This document shows positions 8,252-15,132 of a stretch of 24,387 nucleotides of DNA, one piece after another. Position numbers and translations under genes: made by a program. This DNA comes from a virus. Lineage: Duplodnaviria > Caudoviricetes. Where the stretch lies: the IMG/VR virus record IMGVR_UViG_3300027672_000087, positions 1 through 24,387 of that record; one strand, given 5' to 3'. Each line of letters opens with the position of its first letter. The stretch's first letter is position 1. Under the pieces are notes generated by a model. It saw only the letters and a program-made list of their open reading frames with translations, had not been told where the DNA came from and did no database searches.

Positions 8252-8449
8252 ATGGATGAGATATTTATTGCGGAAGCTGTATTCCGCACTATAAGGGACA
8301 GAAGAACAGGCGTTGTCGAATTAATGCAGTATGGCAATGTAAAATCAATGGAGCAATATCGTGAGCTTATGGGCAACTTAGAAGCCCTAAATCATGTGGA
8401 ACAGGAACTCAGGGGCCTGCTAGATAAACAGGAGCGTAGCAATGACTAA
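8252..8449 (+). CDS. Hypothetical protein, 65 aa (helical)
   Basis: Clean ORF overlapping the groES-like start; no clear Shine-Dalgarno. Confidence 0.75.
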   Translation: MDEIFIAEAVFRTIRDRRTGVVELMQYGNVKSMEQYRELMGNLEALNHVEQELRGLLDKQERSND

Positions 8450-8876
8450 AGCGCAAACTATAGACTTGAAAGCAGCACAAGAGGCCGTTGCTGGCCTTGG
8501 AAAAGAAAAAGTGCTGAATCCCGAAAAGATCGGGGAAAACCTCTTAGAAAGAATGCCCGGCCCAACTGGCTGGAGACTGTTGATTCTTCCGTACCGCGGC
8601 AAGGGTCAAACAGAAGGTGGTATATATCTCCCAAACAAAGTTGTTGAAGAGAACGCCGTCTCCACTCAGGTAGGATACGTCCTAAAAGTCGGGGAATTAG
8701 CGTATCAGGACTCGGAAAAGTTTCCGAACGGTCCTTGGTGCGCGAAGGGTGATTGGGTGATGTTCGCCCGTTACGCAGGGTCTCGCTTCAGAATTGAAGG
8801 CGGCGAGGTCCGAATTTTAAACGACGATGAGATTTTGGCAACAATCCAAAGTCCCGAAGATGTTTTACATTTCTAG
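8442..8876 (+). CDS. groES: GroES/Cpn10-like co-chaperonin
   Basis: PTGWRLLILP, mobile-loop TEGGIYLP, VLKVG, KGDWVMFARYAG, ILNDDEILA; RBS AGGAG. Confidence 0.88.
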   Translation: MTKAQTIDLKAAQEAVAGLGKEKVLNPEKIGENLLERMPGPTGWRLLILPYRGKGQTEGGIYLPNKVVEENAVSTQVGYVLKVGELAYQDSEKFPNGPWCAKGDWVMFARYAGSRFRIEGGEVRILNDDEILATIQSPEDVLHF

Positions 8877-8885
8877 GAGTAGAAG

Positions 8886-9743
8886 ATGACTGAATTAAAC
8901 CAAATCGAACTTGATTTAGACACTGAAGAAGCCACAACGGTTAACATTGAAGTTACGGATGATAAGTCTGTTTCGGAAGATGATTCCTTTGACCGTGCTG
9001 AAAGTGCAACACAAAAGCGTATTGACCGCCTTACTAAGAAAATGCGTGAAGCGGAGCGTCGTGAAAGCGAAGCTTTAAACTTTGCAAAGCAGGTTCAAGG
9101 CGAATCTCAACAGCTTAAAAGCCGCATGGCTAACTTAGATACGAGTTATGTTAACGAGTATACTAACAGAGTTACCACGCAGATGGGTCAGGCGGAGCAA
9201 GAGTATGCTCGTGCCATGGAGATGGGCGATAGCCAAGCAGCGGTTGAAGCAAACCGCAAGTTAACATCTCTTTCGATTGAGAATGATCGTGCTTCTCAGG
9301 CGAAGATGCAGCAAGAACGTGCAAACGCTCAACGCTCTCAGCAGGCTGCACCACAACAGCAGCAACAAGTCCAACAGCAACAACAAGAAATCCGTCGTCC
9401 AGACCGCAAAGCAGAAGCTTGGGCGGAGCAAAACGATTGGTTTGGTCAAGACGATGCGATGACTTACGCGGCGTTTGGCATCCATAAAACGCTTGTTGAA
9501 GAAGAAGGGTTTGACCCGAAGAGCGATGAATACTATAGTGAACTAGATAGTCGCATAAACAACAAGTTTAATACGACCTCGAACAACACTAGCAAACGAC
9601 CCGTTCAGACGGTTGCTGGAGTTTCAAGACAAACCTCTGGGCGCAGTAGTGGGAAAAAGGTTAGACTCACCCCTAGCCAAGTCGCAATAGCGAAAAAATT
9701 GGGTGTGCCGCTAAGTGAATACGCAAAATACGTTAAGGATTAG
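8886..9743 (+). CDS. Probable capsid scaffolding protein
   Basis: Acidic N-terminus, long coiled coil (QKRIDRLTKKMREAERR), Q-rich linker, C-terminal LTPSQVAIAKKLGVPLSEYAKY; lies upstream of the capsid gene. Confidence 0.7.
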   Translation: MTELNQIELDLDTEEATTVNIEVTDDKSVSEDDSFDRAESATQKRIDRLTKKMREAERRESEALNFAKQVQGESQQLKSRMANLDTSYVNEYTNRVTTQMGQAEQEYARAMEMGDSQAAVEANRKLTSLSIENDRASQAKMQQERANAQRSQQAAPQQQQQVQQQQQEIRRPDRKAEAWAEQNDWFGQDDAMTYAAFGIHKTLVEEEGFDPKSDEYYSELDSRINNKFNTTSNNTSKRPVQTVAGVSRQTSGRSSGKKVRLTPSQVAIAKKLGVPLSEYAKYVKD

Positions 9744-9747
9744 AACT

Positions 9748-10215
9748 ATGACACAATCAAAAATTGATCGAACTCCTCACGCAAATCAAACTAGGGAGAA
9801 GACGGCTGCGCGTAAGCCGTGGGCTCCACCGTCTATGTTAGATGCACCGCCTGCACCGGATGGTTTTAAGCATCGTTGGATTCGCGCCGAAACGCGCGGT
9901 TTTGATGATCGTAAAAACATCAGCGCTAAAATGCGCGAAGGTTGGGAACTTGTCCGTCAGGATGAATACCCCGACTTTGAATCCCCGGTAGTTGAATCAG
10001 GTAAATACGAAGGTGTGTTTGGAGTTGGCGGTTTGATGTTGGCTCGGATCCCTGTTGAAACTATTGCAGAACGGACGGCTTATTTCGCTAGTCGAAATAA
10101 AGACCAGATGGAAGCAGTTGATTCTGACATGATGCGGGAGAACGCACACTCAACCATGACGATTAGTAATCCTGATCGTCAATCTCGCGTAACCTTTGGC
10201 GGCAATGGAAAATAG
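9748..10215 (+). CDS. Head-module hypothetical protein, about 155 aa
   Basis: ATG 9748 with AAGGA upstream is preferred over GTG 9715; motifs WAPPSMLDAPPAPDGFKHRWIR and REGWELV. Confidence 0.8.
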   Translation: MTQSKIDRTPHANQTREKTAARKPWAPPSMLDAPPAPDGFKHRWIRAETRGFDDRKNISAKMREGWELVRQDEYPDFESPVVESGKYEGVFGVGGLMLARIPVETIAERTAYFASRNKDQMEAVDSDMMRENAHSTMTISNPDRQSRVTFGGNGK

Positions 10216-10228
10216 GCCGTCTTTTTTT
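10198..10228 (+). terminator. Weak terminator/attenuator-like hairpin
   Basis: GGCGGC (10198-10203)/GCCGTC (10216-10221) with the stop codon inside the 12-nt loop, then T7 (10222-10228). Confidence 0.35.
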
Positions 10229-10243
10229 AAATGGAGCTAAGAT

Positions 10244-10876
10244 ATGGCTAATACACTAACAGGTGGCTATGGTCTTCGTCCTATTAGTAAAGTTGGTGGT
10301 AACGTTAACTCAACTGGTATTACCCAGTATGAGATTAAAAGTGACTACTCAACTGCCATTTTTAACGGCGGTATTGTTATTCCGGTAAACACTGGAACAA
10401 TAATATTGACCGATCAAGCGGTTGCTCCGCTTGGTGTAATGGCTGGAGTCGAATATGTAGACTCTACTACTAAGAAGCGAACCTTTCTAAACTACTGGCC
10501 CGGTTCAAACAACGTAAGCGTTGACACAAATTTCCCGATACTGGCGTCTATATATGACGATCCGTTTCAATTATTTGTGGTTGCAGCAGACGGAACAAAC
10601 ACAAGCAGAGCGACAGCCCAGCTTGATGTGTTCATTAACTGTAACATGGCAGCGGTAGGCGGTGGCAGCACTAGTACTGGAATGTCTTCTGACATGCTGG
10701 ACATTAGTACGGCAGCAACAACTAACACGTTGGATGTTCGGATTGTAGGTCTATACCAAGACCCTTCAAACGAAGATTACGCTGCGCTTGGGCATCAATA
10801 TATTGTTCGCCTAAACGGTCACTTCAACAACGGTAATACTATCGCTGTTGGCACTTACGCAACAACTGGCATATAA
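10244..10876 (+). CDS. Putative capsid decoration/minor head protein, 210 aa
   Basis: Immediately upstream of the major capsid gene; beta-rich G/T/N composition; RBS GGAG. Confidence 0.6.
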   Translation: MANTLTGGYGLRPISKVGGNVNSTGITQYEIKSDYSTAIFNGGIVIPVNTGTIILTDQAVAPLGVMAGVEYVDSTTKKRTFLNYWPGSNNVSVDTNFPILASIYDDPFQLFVVAADGTNTSRATAQLDVFINCNMAAVGGGSTSTGMSSDMLDISTAATTNTLDVRIVGLYQDPSNEDYAALGHQYIVRLNGHFNNGNTIAVGTYATTGI

Positions 10877-10890
10877 GGGGGTTATAGAAT

Positions 10891-11805
10891 ATGGCTATTT
10901 CTCGCGCACAACTAGCGGCAGAGCTAGAACCCGGCCTAAATGCTTTGTTTGGGCTTGAGTATGATCGTTACGAAAACGAGCATGGCGAAATTTTTGACGA
11001 AGAAAGCTCCGACCGAGCTTTTGAGGAAGAAGTTATGCTCGGTGGTTTCGCGGCAGCACCACTTAAAGGAGAAGGCACTGCCATCTCGTTTGATGATGCT
11101 CGTGAAACATACACTGCTCGTTACACTCATGAAACTATCGCACTTGCGTTTTCAATTACTGAAGAAGCTATTGAGGACAATCTTTATGATCGTCTTGCTT
11201 CTCGCTATACGAAAGCACTGGCTCGTTCGATGGCTCAAACTAAGCAGATCAAAGCGGCTGCAATTCTGAACAATGCGTTCTCTGCTACGGGCGGTAACGC
11301 TCTTGGTGACGGCGCAGCACTTTGTTCAGCTTCACATCCGTCTTTGTCCGGCAACCAGACCAACCTTCTGACGACTGCGGCAGATCTCAACGAAACCTCT
11401 TTGGAGCAGATGTTGATTGATGTTGCAGGATTCACCGATGAACGTGGTCTTAAAATTGCAGTTCGTGGAACGAAACTTATCATTCCAAAAGAGCTTCAGT
11501 TTATTGCAGAGCGAGTTCTTAACTCAAATCTGCGTAGCGGAACTGCTGATAACGACAACAACGCAATGAAGAACATGGGCATGTTGCCAGACGGTGCAGT
11601 GGTTAACCACTTCCTGACTGACACAGACGCCTTCTTCATAAAGACTGACGCACCAAACGGCTTCAAGTTCTTTAACCGTTCACCAATTAAGACCGCCATG
11701 GAAGGCGATTTTGATACAGGTAACATGCGGTTCAAGGCCCGTGAGCGTTATTCCTTTGGCGTAAGTGATTGGCGTTCTGTGTTTGGTACTCCCGGCGCAG
11801 CGTAA
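10891..11805 (+). CDS. Major capsid protein (HK97 fold, Mu gpT-like)
   Basis: 304 aa; LEPGLNALFG, ALAFSITEEAIEDNLY, LIIPKEL, ARERYSFGVSDWR; strong terminator directly downstream. Confidence 0.88.
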   Translation: MAISRAQLAAELEPGLNALFGLEYDRYENEHGEIFDEESSDRAFEEEVMLGGFAAAPLKGEGTAISFDDARETYTARYTHETIALAFSITEEAIEDNLYDRLASRYTKALARSMAQTKQIKAAAILNNAFSATGGNALGDGAALCSASHPSLSGNQTNLLTTAADLNETSLEQMLIDVAGFTDERGLKIAVRGTKLIIPKELQFIAERVLNSNLRSGTADNDNNAMKNMGMLPDGAVVNHFLTDTDAFFIKTDAPNGFKFFNRSPIKTAMEGDFDTGNMRFKARERYSFGVSDWRSVFGTPGAA

Positions 11806-11826
11806 ATCAGGTCATCTTGACAAATT

Positions 11827-11858
11827 AAGGGGCAGCTTCGGTTGCCCCTTTCTTTTTT
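11827..11858 (+). terminator. Rho-independent terminator after the capsid gene
   Basis: 10-bp stem AAGGGGCAGC/GTTGCCCCTT with C(TTCG)G tetraloop, then TCTTTTTT. Confidence 0.92.
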
Positions 11859-11862
11859 ATTG

Positions 11863-11930
11863 CTCCTGTTGTATTGTTATCTCATCCCTGACAGTTGCAT
11901 TGGGCGACTGACTTAACCCTGACAGGAGAT
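11863..11930 (+). promoter_or_regulatory. Structured 5' leader, candidate cis-regulatory RNA
   Basis: Direct repeat CCCTGACAG (11886-11894, 11917-11925) around hairpin CAGTTGC/GCGACTG (11892-11910); CTCCTGT (11863-11869) is complementary to the SD-containing ACAGGAG (11922-11928). Confidence 0.5.
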
Positions 11931-11934
11931 TCTC

Positions 11935-12483
11935 ATGGGTAATTCTACGTTTAGCGGACCAGTGCGTTCAGAAGGCGGCTTTCAGGTTGTTTCTAAAAAT
12001 GAAACAACTGGTGCTTTTACAACTGTAGCGAACACGGCTTCAACAGGCATTGTAACAAACAAATTTGTAAAGCACGTTGGCTTTGCATCTGGAGTTACAG
12101 TAAACACAACCGCAGGCGACAGCCCCACGATTGGTGAGTTCACACAGCCCGCCGATACAATCATCACTAACATTAAGATTTTTTGTGACGTTGCTCCAGT
12201 TATTGGGGAAGGTGATATTGGTTACGAAGTTGGTACATCGTCTTCTGGCTCACAAATTGTTGCGACTCAGGCAGACGAAATCTTGGATGCTGGTACAACC
12301 GTTGTTGTACACAACGTAACGGTGACTGCATTAGTTCTTCAGACGCAAGATGGCACGACAGCGCCAGCCTCTGTTCAGTATACAGACGCCGAAAGAACTA
12401 TCTTCTGCAACATCACTAATACAGTTAATGCGACAACAGCAGGATCGTTCACATTTATCATTGAGTACGTTCAGATTGCGTAA
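11935..12483 (+). CDS. Putative virion structural protein (head decoration-like), 182 aa
   Basis: RBS AGGAGA; starts MGNSTFSGPVRS; T/V/G beta-rich; directly after the capsid gene. Confidence 0.7.
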   Translation: MGNSTFSGPVRSEGGFQVVSKNETTGAFTTVANTASTGIVTNKFVKHVGFASGVTVNTTAGDSPTIGEFTQPADTIITNIKIFCDVAPVIGEGDIGYEVGTSSSGSQIVATQADEILDAGTTVVVHNVTVTALVLQTQDGTTAPASVQYTDAERTIFCNITNTVNATTAGSFTFIIEYVQIA

Positions 12484-12493
12484 TTATTAATTT

Positions 12494-12520
12494 GGTGGGG
12501 TTAACGCCCCACCCTTTATT
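12494..12520 (+). terminator. GC-rich hairpin, weak terminator or mRNA-stabilising stem
   Basis: GGTGGGGT/GCCCCACC stem, TAAC loop, imperfect U tract CTTTATT. Confidence 0.55.
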
Positions 12521-12533
12521 ATAGGAGATTAAT

Positions 12534-13145
12534 ATGGCAAACTCTGACGTACAAGTCCGATTTATCCGAGACGAACAGGCGGCAGACCCAAACGGTGTTT
12601 CAACGATAGCCGCTGTTGGTAACAACGCCGCATTAACAATTAACGGGGCATTGGCTTCTGGCGGTAGCGTTACAAACGCTTCAGGCAGACAGGTAACAAT
12701 CTTGTCCGCAGGCGACGATGACGGTATTTCGTTTACCATAGTAGGGACTGATGTAAACGGCGATTCTCTTACTGAAAGCCTTACAGGGGCCGACGATGGA
12801 ACCGCAACTAGCGCTGGTTTTTTTAAAACTATTATAAGCATAACCGCCGTTGGTGATCCTGCCGGAAATGTAACTGCGGGTATTAACGGAAACGCTGCTG
12901 ATGTTGTCTTTGCGGGTCGAACTCGTTTTAAAGGTTATTCAATTGTTTCTGGCGGCACGGCTGGAGAGTTAGATTTTCTTAACAGCGGTGTATCTGGAAC
13001 TTCGTTTTTTAAAGCGCGTACTCTTGGAACAGACAATACAACACAGCATTATCATATTCCTGACGAAGGCGTTCTATTTAAAGATGGTTTCTATGTAACG
13101 TTTACCATTGGAACGGTAGACATGATGAACTTCTTCTTCGCGTAG
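12534..13145 (+). CDS. Putative virion structural protein, 203 aa
   Basis: RBS AGGAGA; G/A/T/D-rich beta composition. Confidence 0.7.
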   Translation: MANSDVQVRFIRDEQAADPNGVSTIAAVGNNAALTINGALASGGSVTNASGRQVTILSAGDDDGISFTIVGTDVNGDSLTESLTGADDGTATSAGFFKTIISITAVGDPAGNVTAGINGNAADVVFAGRTRFKGYSIVSGGTAGELDFLNSGVSGTSFFKARTLGTDNTTQHYHIPDEGVLFKDGFYVTFTIGTVDMMNFFFA

Positions 13146-13154
13146 GAGTTGCCT

Positions 13155-13430
13155 GTGGGCGATAAACCAATCAAGCGCAACAAGACTAATTACCGTCCCA
13201 CTAAATCTGGGGCGGGAATGACTAAGAAAGGTGTGGAGGCGCACCGAAAAAAGAACCCCGGATCAAAATTAAAGACCGCTGTTACGGGTAAGGTTAAGGC
13301 CGGAAGTAAAGATGCCAAGCGACGCAAGTCTTATTGCGCCCGTTCTTTGGGCCAGATGAAAAAGTTTCCAAAGGCTGCAAAAGATCCAAACAGTCGTTTG
13401 CGCCAAGCTCGTAAAAGATGGAAGTGTTAA
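13155..13430 (+). CDS. Small highly basic protein, about 91 aa (recalled as DUF6321-like)
   Basis: GTG 13155 lies 6 nt after AGGAG and is preferred over TTG 13149; motif RRKSYCARS...DPNSRLRQARKRWKC. Confidence 0.8.
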   Translation: MGDKPIKRNKTNYRPTKSGAGMTKKGVEAHRKKNPGSKLKTAVTGKVKAGSKDAKRRKSYCARSLGQMKKFPKAAKDPNSRLRQARKRWKC

Positions 13431-13431
13431 T

Positions 13432-13692
13432 ATGACAATAAGCCGTGGTCAAATGAACAAACAAATCACTACTTCTCCTCGCAAAAAAGTCGCTATGCCT
13501 AGAGGCTTGAGTTATTTTAAAAACGGCGGAGAGTCTTCAAAAAAGTCTAAGGGCAGTAAAATCTGTCCTTCTGGAAAAGCTTGGGCAAAAAGAACATTTG
13601 ATACATATCCTTCGGCGTATGCAAACATGGCCGCGTCCAAGTATTGTAAAGACCCAAACTACGCTAAGAAAAGTAAAAGGAAAAAGGGATAA
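13432..13692 (+). CDS. Small highly basic protein, 86 aa
   Basis: K-rich; contains FKNGG and KICPSGKAWAKRTFDTYPSAYANMAASKYC. Confidence 0.8.
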   Translation: MTISRGQMNKQITTSPRKKVAMPRGLSYFKNGGESSKKSKGSKICPSGKAWAKRTFDTYPSAYANMAASKYCKDPNYAKKSKRKKG

Positions 13693-13820
13693 TGTTAAGT
13701 AAAGGTAACAAACGAAAAGTTAAGAAGGTTGTAACGGGTTTGAAAAAAGCTTCAAAGCTTCATGCTGGTCAAGCAAAAACTCTAAAGACAATGCTGCGTT
13801 CCCCTAGAAAGAAAAGTTAA
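13692..13820 (+). CDS. Small highly basic protein, 42 aa (not in ORF track)
   Basis: MLSKGNKRKVKKVVTGLKKASKLHAGQAKTLKTMLRSPRKKS; TAATG-coupled upstream, abuts the next ATG; no D or E. Confidence 0.75.
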   Translation: MLSKGNKRKVKKVVTGLKKASKLHAGQAKTLKTMLRSPRKKS

Positions 13821-14198
13821 ATGGGCGAGCTAAAGAAATGGCGCGACCAAAACTGGGTCAGAATAGGCTCTGACGGGTCTATTAAGGGACCTTGCGGCAC
13901 TTCTAAAGACAAGAAAAACCCAGACCGATGCTTACCTGAGAGTAAAGCTCGGTCTCTTACTAAAGCCCAGCGCAAAGCTACGGCTACAAAAAAGAAGCGA
14001 GCAGGCTCTAAAGGACAACAAGTTGTAAAAAACACAAAAGCTGCTACTGTTAAAAACATGTCCAGAGGTGGAGATCCTTCTGCGACACAAGCAAAAAGAC
14101 CTTTTCGGGGCAAGACTCCTTCCGGAACAGTGGTGGCTAGGGGTTGTGGAATAGTATTAGGACGTAAACGTAAAAAAACAAAAGGATCTGTATCATGA
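13821..14198 (+). CDS. Small highly basic protein, 125 aa (recalled as DUF5872-like)
   Basis: LKKWRDQNWVRI, PCG, RCLP, MSRGG, ARGCG motifs; K/R-rich. Confidence 0.8.
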   Translation: MGELKKWRDQNWVRIGSDGSIKGPCGTSKDKKNPDRCLPESKARSLTKAQRKATATKKKRAGSKGQQVVKNTKAATVKNMSRGGDPSATQAKRPFRGKTPSGTVVARGCGIVLGRKRKKTKGSVS

Positions 14199-14452
14199 AG
14201 AAAATGATGAAAAAAGGTTACGCTAAAGGTGGAGCCACAAAGAAAAAACCAGTTGTTGCAAAGAAAGCCGCGGGTGGTGTTATGAAGAAACGCGCTGGCG
14301 GCGCTATGATGAAGAAAAAAGGTTACGCTAAAGGCGGCGCTATGATGAAGAAAAAAGGTTACGCTAAAGGCGGCGCTATGATGAAGAAAAAAGGCTTTGC
14401 TAAAGGCGGCGCGGCTAAAATGAAGCGCGGCGGCGCGGCTAAGAAAAAATAA
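14195..14452 (+). CDS. Lysine-rich repeat protein, 85 aa (histone H1/protamine-like composition)
   Basis: 29 Lys, 2 Arg, no acidic residues; seven GG-terminated segments; ATGA-coupled. Confidence 0.8.
   Translation: MKKMMKKGYAKGGATKKKPVVAKKAAGGVMKKRAGGAMMKKKGYAKGGAMMKKKGYAKGGAMMKKKGFAKGGAAKMKRGGAAKKK
14297..14404 (+). repeat. 36-bp tandem repeat, 3 copies (coding GGAMMKKKG[Y/F]AK)
   Basis: GGCGGCGCTATGATGAAGAAAAAAGGTTACGCTAAA at 14297 and 14333 (identical) and 14369 (TAC to TTT plus one synonymous change). Confidence 0.95.
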
Positions 14453-14456
14453 ATAA

Positions 14457-15131
14457 ATGCCTTTTTTGCAAAGTAACATACCTCACTTTAAGTGTTGGGT
14501 TCGTCGTGAGTATACGGTCAATCATGAGCGTTATCACGGCGAGTTCCTTCACGCTATGGTCATTGCCGTAACAACAATGCCCAACCGTTGTTTAAGCTTT
14601 CAAGTAATCTTTACGGGTTGCGAAGCTGATGAGGACGGCGATGCTAATGTTCATGGCGGTGCAATGTGGGCTCGTATGCCTATAACTGCCTTGGTTGCAG
14701 ATGAGCCTTTAGAAGATTGGCCCAAGCCTATGGCTGTACACGAGGCACAACCTTGGGACTGCCCTTCACATACACACGCTGTATATACCTTAGACAGGGC
14801 TACTCCTTGTCCTTGGATGGCGAAGATAGATGGCAGGTTTTTCCCTGCTAAATATATGTTTACCGTTGATTACACAGATACCGACGTTGCAGATGATCCG
14901 GCTCAACACAAACAAGCTCATGTTATGCAGCTATTAGATGCTGATGAGTGGACCGGAAACATTGTAGCGTTACCTAACAATCGTGTGCGGGTAACTCACC
15001 CTGCGTGGTTTGAAACCGGAGAAGGCGCTCCAGACTTCAAACCTTCGCAGCATGTACATTATTCTAAATCTGATTTAGACTATACATTAGATGTAACCCA
15101 AATATTTGACAATATTTACAGCGAGGAATGA
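14457..15131 (+). CDS. Phage protein of unknown function, 224 aa
   Basis: Globular-looking, acidic, rich in H/C/W/D (QPWDCPSH, QHKQAH, ALPNNRVRV). Confidence 0.85.
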   Translation: MPFLQSNIPHFKCWVRREYTVNHERYHGEFLHAMVIAVTTMPNRCLSFQVIFTGCEADEDGDANVHGGAMWARMPITALVADEPLEDWPKPMAVHEAQPWDCPSHTHAVYTLDRATPCPWMAKIDGRFFPAKYMFTVDYTDTDVADDPAQHKQAHVMQLLDADEWTGNIVALPNNRVRVTHPAWFETGEGAPDFKPSQHVHYSKSDLDYTLDVTQIFDNIYSEE

Positions 15132-15132
15132 G

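Noticed and set aside
9330-9390. CAG/CAA run as a contingency repeat
   Set aside because: Mixed codons encoding a Q-rich linker in the scaffold protein; not a pure microsatellite.
14297-14404. 36-bp repeats as a CRISPR array
   Set aside because: Copies are directly adjacent with no spacers, are in frame in a protein, and no cas genes are present.
13817-14479. 220-aa antisense ORF with FFLHHSAAFSVT repeats
   Set aside because: Shadow of the Lys-rich genes and the 36-bp repeat; it spans two well-coupled + strand genes and has no RBS or opposite-strand context.
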